Positions 1 through 8,328 of a stretch of 64,000 nucleotides of DNA are shown here, piece by piece. This DNA comes from Bacilli bacterium. Lineage in GTDB: Bacteria > Bacillota_I > Bacilli_A > ML615J-28 > CAG-698. The notes beneath the pieces were generated by a model that ran no database searches, was not told the DNA's origin, and saw nothing but the letters and a program-made list of their open reading frames with translations. Each line of letters opens with the position of its first letter. Within the stretch, counting starts at the first letter, position 1. A program made the position numbers and the translations under genes. The stretch covers positions 3,497-67,496 of the forward strand of contig JAFSVH010000017.1 in NCBI GenBank assembly GCA_017450215.1, given 5' to 3'.

Positions 1-20
1 TTTAACACCTTATTTTCTAA

Positions 21-50
21 AAAAATCGTTTTTTAAAAACGATTCTTTTA
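21..50 (-). terminator. Hairpin (aatcgttttt/aaaaacgatt) plus T-run downstream of recR; intrinsic terminator of the dnaX-ybaB-recR operon
   Basis: Inverted repeat at 24-44 followed by a T-run on the minus strand, directly after the recR stop codon (55-57). Confidence 0.5.
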
Positions 51-54
51 GGGT

Positions 55-651
55 TTACATTTCTTTTTTAGATTCTAACGATTTAATTAAAGTAATCTCA
101 TCTGCATATTCTATACTAGCTTCAACTGGAAGCCCATATCCTATTTGATATACTTTAACATTTTCTTTTGATAAAACTTTTTTAATATAAAGTGATGTTA
201 ATTCTCCTTCAAGATTAGCGGGAAAAGCAATAATCACTTCAGTTATATTGTTTTTTCTAATTCTATCAATTACTTTTTCTAATCCAATGTCTTCAGGTCC
301 AATTCCGTTTGTTGGTGATATTAAAGACTTTAGGATATGATATCTACCTTTAAATGCTTTAGTTTTTTCATATGCTATAATGCTCTTGCAATCTTCAACA
401 AGCATCAATTGATTTGATCTAGATTCATCACTACAAATATCACATATATCTTGATCAGTTATCATTCCACAAATACTACATTCATGAATCAAATTTAATG
501 AATCTGATAATGTTTTAATTAGATTTTCTATTTCAGTGATTTTATTTTCTTTAATTGCATAAAAAGCATATCGTTCAGCAGTCTTTGGGCCAACTCCTGG
601 AAATTGTTCAAAGCATTCAATTAATTCTTGGAACGTTTTTGGATAATTCAT
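55..651 (-). CDS. recR: Recombination protein RecR
   Basis: 198 aa. N-terminal helix-hairpin-helix, C4 zinc finger (CSICG...CDIC) and Toprim-like C-terminal region typical of RecR. ATG at 649-651. Position after dnaX-ybaB is conserved. Confidence 0.9.
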   Translation of the reverse strand: MNYPKTFQELIECFEQFPGVGPKTAERYAFYAIKENKITEIENLIKTLSDSLNLIHECSICGMITDQDICDICSDESRSNQLMLVEDCKSIIAYEKTKAFKGRYHILKSLISPTNGIGPEDIGLEKVIDRIRKNNITEVIIAFPANLEGELTSLYIKKVLSKENVKVYQIGYGLPVEASIEYADEITLIKSLESKKEM

Positions 652-966
652 CTAGAATAATCCTCCAAATCCTCCTAAGAATGCTTGATATTTTGCCATC
701 TTTTCTTCTGTTGTTTTTTCAATCTTTTTATATGCATCTTGACAAGCAGCAACAATCATATCACTTACCATTTCAATTTCTTCATCATCTTCTGGTTTAA
801 ATCCATCAACAAACTTAACAGCCTTTAATTCTTTGCTGCCATACATTTCAATAGAAACAACACCACCAGCAGAAGCAGTAAAAACAGTTTGTTCAATTTC
901 TTTTTGAGTTGCAACCATTTCATCTTGCATTTTTTTTATTTTCTTTAACATTACTTGTTGATTCAT
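652..966 (-). CDS. ybaB: Nucleoid-associated protein YbaB/EbfC
   Basis: YbaB family sequence (MNQQVMLKKIKKMQDEM...GGFGGLF). Start moved to the ATG at 964-966, which has a GGAG RBS; the ORF-track start at 1008 would overlap dnaX. Classic dnaX-ybaB-recR order. Confidence 0.85.
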   Translation of the reverse strand: MNQQVMLKKIKKMQDEMVATQKEIEQTVFTASAGGVVSIEMYGSKELKAVKFVDGFKPEDDEEIEMVSDMIVAACQDAYKKIEKTTEEKMAKYQAFLGGFGGLF

Positions 967-979
967 TATAATCTCCTTT

Positions 980-3900
980 TTATTTAATCTTAACGATATC
1001 ATCGCCAAACATTTTTATAGTTTGTTCTATTTTTTCTTTGTTCTTATCACCATCATCTGATATCTCTTCAACATTTAATCCAACAATGTTAAATGGGGAT
1101 AACTTTGCCCTTTTAACTCCCATCTGATATTGACTTACATATTCCTCACGTTTTTCTAGCCAAACATCAAGTGGTAGAGCTAAGTAATTATAATTAGCAC
1201 TCAATTTTGAATATAAAAATTTAATAGCCTTTGTTTTAAATGCACCCCTCATAACTTCATTACATTTAGTAACAGTTGGATAAGTAATTACAAATTCCTT
1301 GTTTCCGACAGCTTCAATCTTTCCTTGACTTAATGATTGAGCTACTGAATACATGGATGGTTCAACACCTCGCATTAATGTTTTCCAGATTTCTAAGACT
1401 CTCGCTTTATCGTTTTTAGCATTTTTATCTTGTGCATCAAACAACAATTTTTCTAAATCTTCAATATTGTAACGTGCGAATTTGTCATTTGCTTCTGGGT
1501 CTGCAGGAACAATAATTTCGTTTTGTTTTACAGTTGCAGGTTCGTTTTCAACAACATCTTTAATTACAAGACTAGATCTAGTTTTATTAATAACCTCTTC
1601 ATGGTTGCTTTCATCATAAAATTGATTAATTACCTTATCTTTTTCAATAGGCTTGAAATCAATATTCTTTTTATCTTCTATATCTTCATTATTATTCTTA
1701 TCTTCTACAACTTCTTGAGGCTTTTCTTCTTTAATACTTACAGTATCATCAAACAAACCTTCTTGAATTTCTGGTTCTTTATTTTCGGTAGATTCTGTTT
1801 TCTCTTTTTCGTCCTGCTTTTGTGTTTCTTCGATATCAATATTAAAATCAAAGAAACTTGTTTGTTTATAAACAGGTTTTTCTTCAGTGTCGCTTACAGC
1901 TTGTTTTTCATCTAAAGATGCTTCAACATCATTATTTTCTACTTCCTTTTCCTCTACTACTTGAATAGAATCATCTTCTTTAGTTTCGATAACAGGTTCA
2001 TCTTTATGCTCTTTGGCTATATTTTCAACACAAGATTCTTTTTCTTCTTCATCTTTAGCTAAATCACCAAAATCACTCTTAAAGTCTTTTTCTTCTGAAA
2101 TATCAAAATCAAAAATACTCATTTGACCTTTTGGACGCTTTTGAGTTTTTGCTTTTTCTTGCTTTTCAAGTGTGCTTGCTTTTAACTTTTCTTCTAAAGC
2201 AAGTTTGCTAGCGATAAGGTCATATATTTGTCCTTCGATTTTTTCTAATCTTTGATTTATCTCTTCATTATCTTTTTCACTTTGAACATTGACGCTTCCT
2301 TCTTGCTTGTTTTGAGCAAATGTTGAAAGTTCACTTGCAAATTCTTTTTTGATTTCGTTCTTTGCGGTTTCAATTTTTAAATCAAAAGCAGAAGTATCAT
2401 ATTCAATTGCTTCGTTTGGCTTTATAGAATTGATTTTTTCTTCTAATTCCTCAAGCTTTTTATTGAATTCATCATTTAATAAATTATTATCTTGACTTGC
2501 ATTTTTATTTTGCTCGCTTTCTAATTTATCGATTTTGCTTTGAATAAAATCAATCTTAGCTTCAATATCATTAACATCAATATCAACATAATTGTTTTCT
2601 TTTTCGTTTTCTTTCTTTTGCAATTCAGAAATCAATTCTTGTTTGATATCATTTAATTTGTTTTGAAATTCTTCAACATTCAAACTCGAATCATTATTAG
2701 ATGGTTTAGCACTATTCTTTTCTAATTCATTAATTTGCTTTTTGATATCAGCTATTTCTTTTTGAATTCTCTCTTCATTAACGCTTGACTCACTACCACC
2801 TTCAATATCAATTCTTTGACCATTTTCTAATGCGTTAATCTTGGCTTCAATATCAACAAATTTACTAGCAACATCAGATTCAAGTTCAGTCAAACGAACT
2901 GAAGAAGAAGATTTATTTTCAGCTTCTAGTTTATTTTGATGCTCGTTTACTGTGTTTTCGATATCATTAACCTTCTTAGCAAGAGTAGGTAATTCAAATT
3001 TATTTAACTCTAATACAATTTGATTTAATCTATTATCTAAATTTTTCACTTTCTCGTTATCAACGTTACTTGTAACCATATCGCCTGAAAATGATGCATC
3101 CATTAATTTGTTCTCTAATTCATCCATTCTTTTTACAACATTCAATTCTTCATTGTTAATTGAAGACATTCTAATAATTGCTATTTCTAAATAGATTCCA
3201 GGAGAATTGCTATATTTAATCTTATTTTGGATATCGCATAAAACTTCTATAAAGAAAATGATTTTTGTGTTAGCAATCTTGAAAGCAAGATTTTGAAATT
3301 TTTCTTTTTCAAAAATGTACTTATTAATTTTTTTGTTTCCGATACTCTTAAATAACATCAAATCACGGCAAAATAGTAACATTCCATTAACAATCTTATT
3401 AATCTCTTTGCCTTCTTTAATTAATGAGTTTACAACATCAAGAGCATTGTTAGCATCTTTAGAATCAATAAACGACATCAAATTACACATAACTTCAGCA
3501 TTTATACTTCCAGTAATTGTGTTTACATCATCAATTGTTATTTCCTTAGTTCCATATGATATAGTTTGATCTAAGATACTTAATGCATCACGCATGCCTC
3601 CATCAGCAATTTCACCAATCAAATCAATAGCCTCATCACTAATTTGTACATTTTCATTGTTGCAAACTTCTCTTAAACTTTTTGATATCTTATCAACATT
3701 TATTGGCTTAAACTCATATCTTTGACAACGTGAGATTATTGTTGAAGGAATCTTTTGAGGTTCGGTTGTCGCTAAAATAAATATTACATGTTTAGGTGGT
3801 TCTTCTAATATCTTCAATAAAGCATTAAAAGCACCCGTACTAAGCATATGAACTTCATCTATAATGTAAATTTTATATTTTGAACCACTTGGTAAAAATT

Positions 3901-4237
3901 TAACACGTTCTCTTATATCACGTATTTCATCAACACCATTATTACTTGCAGCATCAATTTCAATTACATCAGGACTTATGCCTTCGCTAATTTCTTTACA
4001 TACATAGCAATCGCAACAAGGTTCTCCATTAGGTTTTAAATCGATACAATTTAATGCCTTAGCAAAAATTCTTGCTACAGATGTTTTACCAGTTCCACGT
4101 GGTCCACAAAATAGATAAGCATGAGATATTTTATTGTTAATTATTGCGTTTTGTAACGTTTTTACAACAGCTTCTTGACCAACAACTTTATTAAATGTTT
4201 GAGGTCTATAAGTTCTATATAATGCTTGATATGCCAT
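980..4237 (-). CDS. dnaX: DNA polymerase III subunit tau (DnaX), unusually long: about 1085 aa with a roughly 550-aa internal coiled-coil/acidic insertion
   Basis: N-terminus MAYQALYRTYRPQTF...GPRGTGKTS (Walker A) and the zinc module CCDCYVCKE. C-terminal tau domain V-like region (WKTLMRG...PSMYSVAQSL). Start moved to the ATG at 4235-4237, which has an AAAGGAG RBS. The extra 37 codons in the ORF track lie over the asnS promoter. Confidence 0.85.
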   Translation of the reverse strand: MAYQALYRTYRPQTFNKVVGQEAVVKTLQNAIINNKISHAYLFCGPRGTGKTSVARIFAKALNCIDLKPNGEPCCDCYVCKEISEGISPDVIEIDAASNNGVDEIRDIRERVKFLPSGSKYKIYIIDEVHMLSTGAFNALLKILEEPPKHVIFILATTEPQKIPSTIISRCQRYEFKPINVDKISKSLREVCNNENVQISDEAIDLIGEIADGGMRDALSILDQTISYGTKEITIDDVNTITGSINAEVMCNLMSFIDSKDANNALDVVNSLIKEGKEINKIVNGMLLFCRDLMLFKSIGNKKINKYIFEKEKFQNLAFKIANTKIIFFIEVLCDIQNKIKYSNSPGIYLEIAIIRMSSINNEELNVVKRMDELENKLMDASFSGDMVTSNVDNEKVKNLDNRLNQIVLELNKFELPTLAKKVNDIENTVNEHQNKLEAENKSSSSVRLTELESDVASKFVDIEAKINALENGQRIDIEGGSESSVNEERIQKEIADIKKQINELEKNSAKPSNNDSSLNVEEFQNKLNDIKQELISELQKKENEKENNYVDIDVNDIEAKIDFIQSKIDKLESEQNKNASQDNNLLNDEFNKKLEELEEKINSIKPNEAIEYDTSAFDLKIETAKNEIKKEFASELSTFAQNKQEGSVNVQSEKDNEEINQRLEKIEGQIYDLIASKLALEEKLKASTLEKQEKAKTQKRPKGQMSIFDFDISEEKDFKSDFGDLAKDEEEKESCVENIAKEHKDEPVIETKEDDSIQVVEEKEVENNDVEASLDEKQAVSDTEEKPVYKQTSFFDFNIDIEETQKQDEKEKTESTENKEPEIQEGLFDDTVSIKEEKPQEVVEDKNNNEDIEDKKNIDFKPIEKDKVINQFYDESNHEEVINKTRSSLVIKDVVENEPATVKQNEIIVPADPEANDKFARYNIEDLEKLLFDAQDKNAKNDKARVLEIWKTLMRGVEPSMYSVAQSLSQGKIEAVGNKEFVITYPTVTKCNEVMRGAFKTKAIKFLYSKLSANYNYLALPLDVWLEKREEYVSQYQMGVKRAKLSPFNIVGLNVEEISDDGDKNKEKIEQTIKMFGDDIVKIK

Positions 4238-4341
4238 AAAGATACTCCTTTTTATACTTATTTCGATTATATCACATATATTCAAAATAATAAAGTTTAA
4301 GTTATTTATTTTTGTTTTAATATCCCTACACACTATATTGC

Positions 4342-4370
4342 TTGACAAATGAAATTATAATAATTATAAT
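4342..4370 (+). promoter_or_regulatory. Sigma-A type promoter (TTGACA, 17 nt spacer, TATAAT) for the asnS T-box leader
   Basis: TTGACA at 4342-4347, 17-nt spacer, TATAAT at 4365-4370. Confidence 0.55.
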
Positions 4371-4379
4371 AAAATCACA

Positions 4380-4632
4380 ATGATAATAAGCGTTGAAGAG
4401 AAAAGTAATTATATTAACAGAATCAGTGATATGAGGATAGTGTGAACTCATACAAGTTATATAACGAAAGAACACTCTGAGCTATAGGAAGAACAAAGTA
4501 GAACCTATCGTATTTCTGCGTTAAAGAATAATTGAGTGCAAAAAATCATTTTTTGAAATAAGGTGGTACCGCGATATTTCGTCCTTAACATTTAAATCCT
4601 TTCGATTTAATTTGTTAAGGCTTTTTTTAAGG
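4380..4632 (+). promoter_or_regulatory. T-box riboswitch leader of asnS, with terminator hairpin and U-tract
   Basis: Conserved T-box sequence AGGTGGTACCGCG at 4561-4573. Terminator stem CCTTAACA (4583-4590) / TGTTAAGG (4613-4620) followed by CTTTTTTT. An aminoacyl-tRNA synthetase gene follows. Confidence 0.75.
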
Positions 4633-4640
4633 AGGATAAA

Positions 4641-6032
4641 ATGAAAGCTATTAATTTTAAAAAATTACAAAATGAATTTAAATCATTCGAAAACAAAGAA
4701 GTGTTGTTACAAGGATGGATTAGAACAAACAGAAACCAAAAAGAATTTGGTTTTATTAATTTAAATGATGGTTCAACAGTTTCTAACTTACAAGTTGTAT
4801 ACGATAAAACATTAAACAATTTTGAAGATGTTTCAAAATATCGTGTAGGCTGTGCATTAAGTGTATACGGAATAGTTGTACTAACACCTCAAATGCAACA
4901 ACCATTTGAATTAAAAGCAACAAAAATAATTCTTGAAGGTGATTGTCCTGAAAACTATCCAATTCAACCAAAAAGACATACTAAAGAATTCTTAAGGGAA
5001 CAAGCACATTTAAGAAGTAGAACAAATTTATTTAATGCTACTTTCAAAATTAGAAGCTTATTAGCTTATGCTATTCATAATTTCTTTAGAGAAAAAGACT
5101 TTTTATATGTCCATACTCCATTAATTACCGCTAATGATGCAGAAGGCGCAGGAGAAGTGTTCCAAGTAACTACTCTTGATTTAAACAAACTACCAAAAGA
5201 TGATAAGGGAAATGTAGATTTCTCAAAGGACTTCTTTGGAAAGCAAGCAAACCTTACTGTTTCTGGACAATTAGAAGCTGAAACATTTGCATTAGCATTT
5301 AAAAATGTTTATACATTTGGACCAACATTTAGGGCTGAGAACTCAAATACAACAAGACATGCTTCAGAATTTTGGATGATTGAACCAGAAATGGCTTTTG
5401 CTGATTTAAACGATGATATGGACATCATTGAAGAAATGGTTAAATATGTTGTGAAATATGTTTTAGATAATGCAAAAGAAGAGATGATGTTCTTTGAAAA
5501 GTTTGTGTGCCCTGGAAAAATCAAGCAATTAGAAGAATTGCTTTCAAGTCATATCGTTAGATGTGATTATGAAGAAGCAATCAAAATCTTTAAAAATTCA
5601 AAGAAAAAATTTGAAGTTGATATCAACTATGGTGATGATCTAACAACAGAACATGAAAAATATTTAACTGATGAATATTTTAAAACTCCTGTTTTCTTAA
5701 CAAATTGGCCTAAAGAAATTAAAGCATTTTATATGAAGTTAAATCCTGATGGTAAAACTGTGGCTGCTGTAGACTTGTTAGTTCCTGGAAGTGGTGAGTT
5801 AGTTGGCGGAAGTCAAAGAGAAGAAAACCTAGACTTATTAATGAAGAGAATGGAAGAATTACATATTCCTCAAAAAGGAATGGAATGGTATTTAGATTTA
5901 CGTCGCTTTGGCAGTGTTTACCATTCTGGATTTGGTCTAGGATTTGAAAGATTAATTATGTATGTTACTGGTATTGAAAATATTAGAGATTCAATTCCAT
6001 ATCCTAGAACTCCAAGAAATTGTGAATTCTAA
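4641..6032 (+). CDS. asnS: Asparagine--tRNA ligase
   Basis: 463 aa. Class IIb synthetase with N-terminal OB fold and motifs 1-3 (FRAENSNTTRHASEFWMIE...GFGLGFERL). RBS AAGGAGG 7 nt upstream of the ATG. Confidence 0.9.
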   Translation: MKAINFKKLQNEFKSFENKEVLLQGWIRTNRNQKEFGFINLNDGSTVSNLQVVYDKTLNNFEDVSKYRVGCALSVYGIVVLTPQMQQPFELKATKIILEGDCPENYPIQPKRHTKEFLREQAHLRSRTNLFNATFKIRSLLAYAIHNFFREKDFLYVHTPLITANDAEGAGEVFQVTTLDLNKLPKDDKGNVDFSKDFFGKQANLTVSGQLEAETFALAFKNVYTFGPTFRAENSNTTRHASEFWMIEPEMAFADLNDDMDIIEEMVKYVVKYVLDNAKEEMMFFEKFVCPGKIKQLEELLSSHIVRCDYEEAIKIFKNSKKKFEVDINYGDDLTTEHEKYLTDEYFKTPVFLTNWPKEIKAFYMKLNPDGKTVAAVDLLVPGSGELVGGSQREENLDLLMKRMEELHIPQKGMEWYLDLRRFGSVYHSGFGLGFERLIMYVTGIENIRDSIPYPRTPRNCEF

Positions 6033-7113
6033 ATAATAAAAAGAACTCTTTTTTAAAAGAGTTCTTTTTATTAGGAAATAAATAGCGAAGTGAAAATATA
6101 TCATTATATTCGATATCAACCGAAACCTCTAAATAAGATGTATCCCAAATATAATATGCATAATCGGAATAATCTATGAAAGGATTACGGTTATGTTGAA
6201 TTTTATATACTTCTTCGTTTCTTTGTCTTTCGATATCATCAACAGGATCTAATTGATTCCAATCTAATAACATCTTCATAGATTGTGCTACGTTTGTTAT
6301 AGGATAAGAATCAGCCTCACTGTATCTAACCAACAAGTAGAATAATATTCTTGCGATATCACCTTTAACTTCATCTTTTGGTGTATAATAACCACTTCCA
6401 AAACCATATGGTGTATTTCCACGTCTTGAATTCTCTGCTGCATCAACAGCCCTAATGTGATGTGCATCACATCCTGCTCCAGTAGTTTGGAACCATCCTG
6501 TAGATCTTGGCCATACATGTTCTTTATTCCAAGTCTTGCCACCATCCCATTGATTACTAATTTCTTTTCTAGTATAAAACAATAATATTTTATTAGAATC
6601 TGTTAATGATGCATCAGTCTTTGCAAGATAATTATTTAAAGAAGAATACGATACACTAACAAATCCATTTGTTGTTATTTCTCTAAGAGCAAGCTTCAAT
6701 TCATTTCCACTTAATCCAACAGCATCTTGATAATAACCAGCATCATCAACATAGCTAACTGCGTATTCTGTTGAATTATTATTTCTATCAATTAAGTTTA
6801 AAGTTAATGTTTCTGAAAAATCTTTATAGCGAATTACAATAGTTTGCTCACCAGCTATAGCTAATTTATTATTATCTTCTTCACTAAGCATAGAAGAATT
6901 GACATCAAATTCGCTTTCTAGACCGCTTTGATACTTAACTTTAATCTTGATATCACTTAAAGAAAATTCATCAATATATAATTCTTGAGATAAATTTGAT
7001 GTGTCTAGTGAATAAACAACATCGCTTGTGTTGTTGTCAATTTTAAATTCACAACCAACTATTAATAAACTAAATAATAAAACAACAATAAATAAAGATT
7101 TTTTGATTTTCAT
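6004..7113 (-). CDS. Lipoprotein, extracellular endonuclease I (EndA/NucM) family nuclease
   Basis: Signal peptide with lipobox LIVGC. C-terminal half carries endonuclease-I-like motifs (HVWPRS...CDAHH...NRNPFID). The 3' end overlaps asnS by 29 nt and reads through the terminator hairpin, so the true C-terminus is uncertain. Confidence 0.6.
   Translation of the reverse strand: MKIKKSLFIVVLLFSLLIVGCEFKIDNNTSDVVYSLDTSNLSQELYIDEFSLSDIKIKVKYQSGLESEFDVNSSMLSEEDNNKLAIAGEQTIVIRYKDFSETLTLNLIDRNNNSTEYAVSYVDDAGYYQDAVGLSGNELKLALREITTNGFVSVSYSSLNNYLAKTDASLTDSNKILLFYTRKEISNQWDGGKTWNKEHVWPRSTGWFQTTGAGCDAHHIRAVDAAENSRRGNTPYGFGSGYYTPKDEVKGDIARILFYLLVRYSEADSYPITNVAQSMKMLLDWNQLDPVDDIERQRNEEVYKIQHNRNPFIDYSDYAYYIWDTSYLEVSVDIEYNDIFSLRYLFPNKKNSFKKEFFLLFRIHNFLEF
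6040..6072. terminator. Bidirectional hairpin terminator after asnS
   Basis: Perfect palindrome aaaaagaactctttt/aaaagagttcttttt flanked by T-runs on both strands. It lies inside the last roughly 25 codons of the convergent nuclease ORF. Confidence 0.6.
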
Positions 7114-7172
7114 TTTTCTTCCCCGTTTTTATTTCTAAATATATTTTATCACACCTCAAAAACACTGGCAAT

Positions 7173-7200
7173 ATAAAAAAGGCATGAATATGCCTTTTTC
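7173..7200. terminator. Hairpin terminator (AAGGCAT-gaat-ATGCCTT plus T-run)
   Basis: Inverted repeat at 7179-7196 with flanking A/T runs, downstream of the minus-strand gene 7208-8221. Confidence 0.55.
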
Positions 7201-7207
7201 TTTATTA

Positions 7208-8221
7208 TTACTTCTTAAGATTTTTCTTATCTTTGTTTGCGTCTTGTTTGCTATCAATATTCCATACAGCAACAATTACAATCATAAGAATTAACACAAT
7301 AACAAATGCTATTGTTGCTTCCCACCACAAATATTGCTTAACAGCATATTTGAAATATCCAGCTTCGAATATATCTTGATCATATGCTTTGATAACTCCA
7401 TCAGCATCTAAATTAAAGTTTTTAGCTTTTTGTACAATGCCAGTTAAACTTACAGTACCTACTTCAACTGTTGAATTTTCATCATTTGCATGTTCACTAT
7501 CAATAGCTTTAAATACTAAATCAATATTTGAAGAATATTCTTTATCAGGTGCAAATGTAAATACATTAACAGGTGCAACAGCAAGAGTAGAAGCACCAAT
7601 ATTGAATGTTCCTATTTCTTTTCCTTCAGAAGTTCTCTTTGTTTGTGTTCCGTCTTCTCTTGTAAAACCAACCCAATTATAATCTTTCATAATAGCTTCG
7701 ATTGTTGAAGTATCATCTAATGTTATATAAGTTGCAGTAACACTCTTTGATAACTCTTCGTCTGTTCCAATCTTATCATGATCAACAACATCTAAACTTA
7801 ACTTTGGTAAAAAGGCTTTTAAACCATTTACAGCATCATTTGTGAAGATTTCTTTATATAACATACCATAATCTATATTAAACACAAAGAATTGATATGT
7901 TAGTGTTCTGCTACTTTCTTCATTGTCATCATCATATGTGACTTTTGCAACAGCATATCCTTTAACAGTAAATAATTTCTTTCCTGCTGCATTATTAACA
8001 TCTTGAGAAGCAATCTCTTGATAATAACTTGCATAATAATCTAAATATGCTTTTATTTGACTTTCTGTGTTGTTTTCTTCTAATCTTGTTTCGAAATAAC
8101 CACCTTTTTCGCTCACAAACACAAAGTCTTGTTGATATCTTTTATATCCATATAATCCTATTGCAAAAGCACTAAGCAAAGGAATTATTACTACCATTAA
8201 TACAGTTATTAATTTTTTCAT
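7208..8221 (-). CDS. Hypothetical protein with an N-terminal transmembrane (TM) anchor and a C-terminal TM segment; extracytoplasmic
   Basis: Start moved to the ATG at 8219-8221 (MKKLITVLMVV...), which has a GGAGGA RBS. One TM helix at each end. No recognisable catalytic motif. Confidence 0.5.
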   Translation of the reverse strand: MKKLITVLMVVIIPLLSAFAIGLYGYKRYQQDFVFVSEKGGYFETRLEENNTESQIKAYLDYYASYYQEIASQDVNNAAGKKLFTVKGYAVAKVTYDDDNEESSRTLTYQFFVFNIDYGMLYKEIFTNDAVNGLKAFLPKLSLDVVDHDKIGTDEELSKSVTATYITLDDTSTIEAIMKDYNWVGFTREDGTQTKRTSEGKEIGTFNIGASTLAVAPVNVFTFAPDKEYSSNIDLVFKAIDSEHANDENSTVEVGTVSLTGIVQKAKNFNLDADGVIKAYDQDIFEAGYFKYAVKQYLWWEATIAFVIVLILMIVIVAVWNIDSKQDANKDKKNLKK

Positions 8222-8328
8222 TTTATCCTCCAAATAATTTACACTAGTAGCATTATATCATAACTTTTCTATATTTCAATAAATATTTATCTATGTTCTT
8301 TATAAGATTAAGTTATATTTATGCTAAA

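Noticed and set aside
1523-1915. Antisense ORFs inside dnaX (1523-1915, 3315-3569) and similar antisense or low-complexity ORFs inside gyrA/gyrB/mfd, for example 23227-23602, 24680-24952, 25512-25852 and 34072-34326
   Set aside because: Phe/Ile/Leu-rich translations on the strand opposite well-supported genes, typical of AT-rich DNA. No RBS and no homology.
980-4237. Programmed -1 frameshift (gamma/tau) in dnaX
   Set aside because: The E. coli-type A AAA AAG slippery heptamer followed by a stem could not be verified by eye. The mechanism is not expected in Firmicutes. Left unassigned.
4238-4348. 37-codon N-terminal extension of dnaX in the ORF track (MSSNIVCRDIK...)
   Set aside because: It overlaps the asnS promoter. 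A strong AAAGGAG RBS precedes the internal MAYQALYRTYRP start, which matches the conserved DnaX N-terminus.
8219-8233. Shared MEDKMK N-termini (genes at 7208-8233 and 11402-12019) as a possible repeated leader peptide
   Set aside because: Only 13 nt (GATAAAATGAAAA) are shared. In both cases the second ATG has the better RBS or spacing and matches family N-termini. The shared stretch is a coincidence of an AT-rich RBS-start context.
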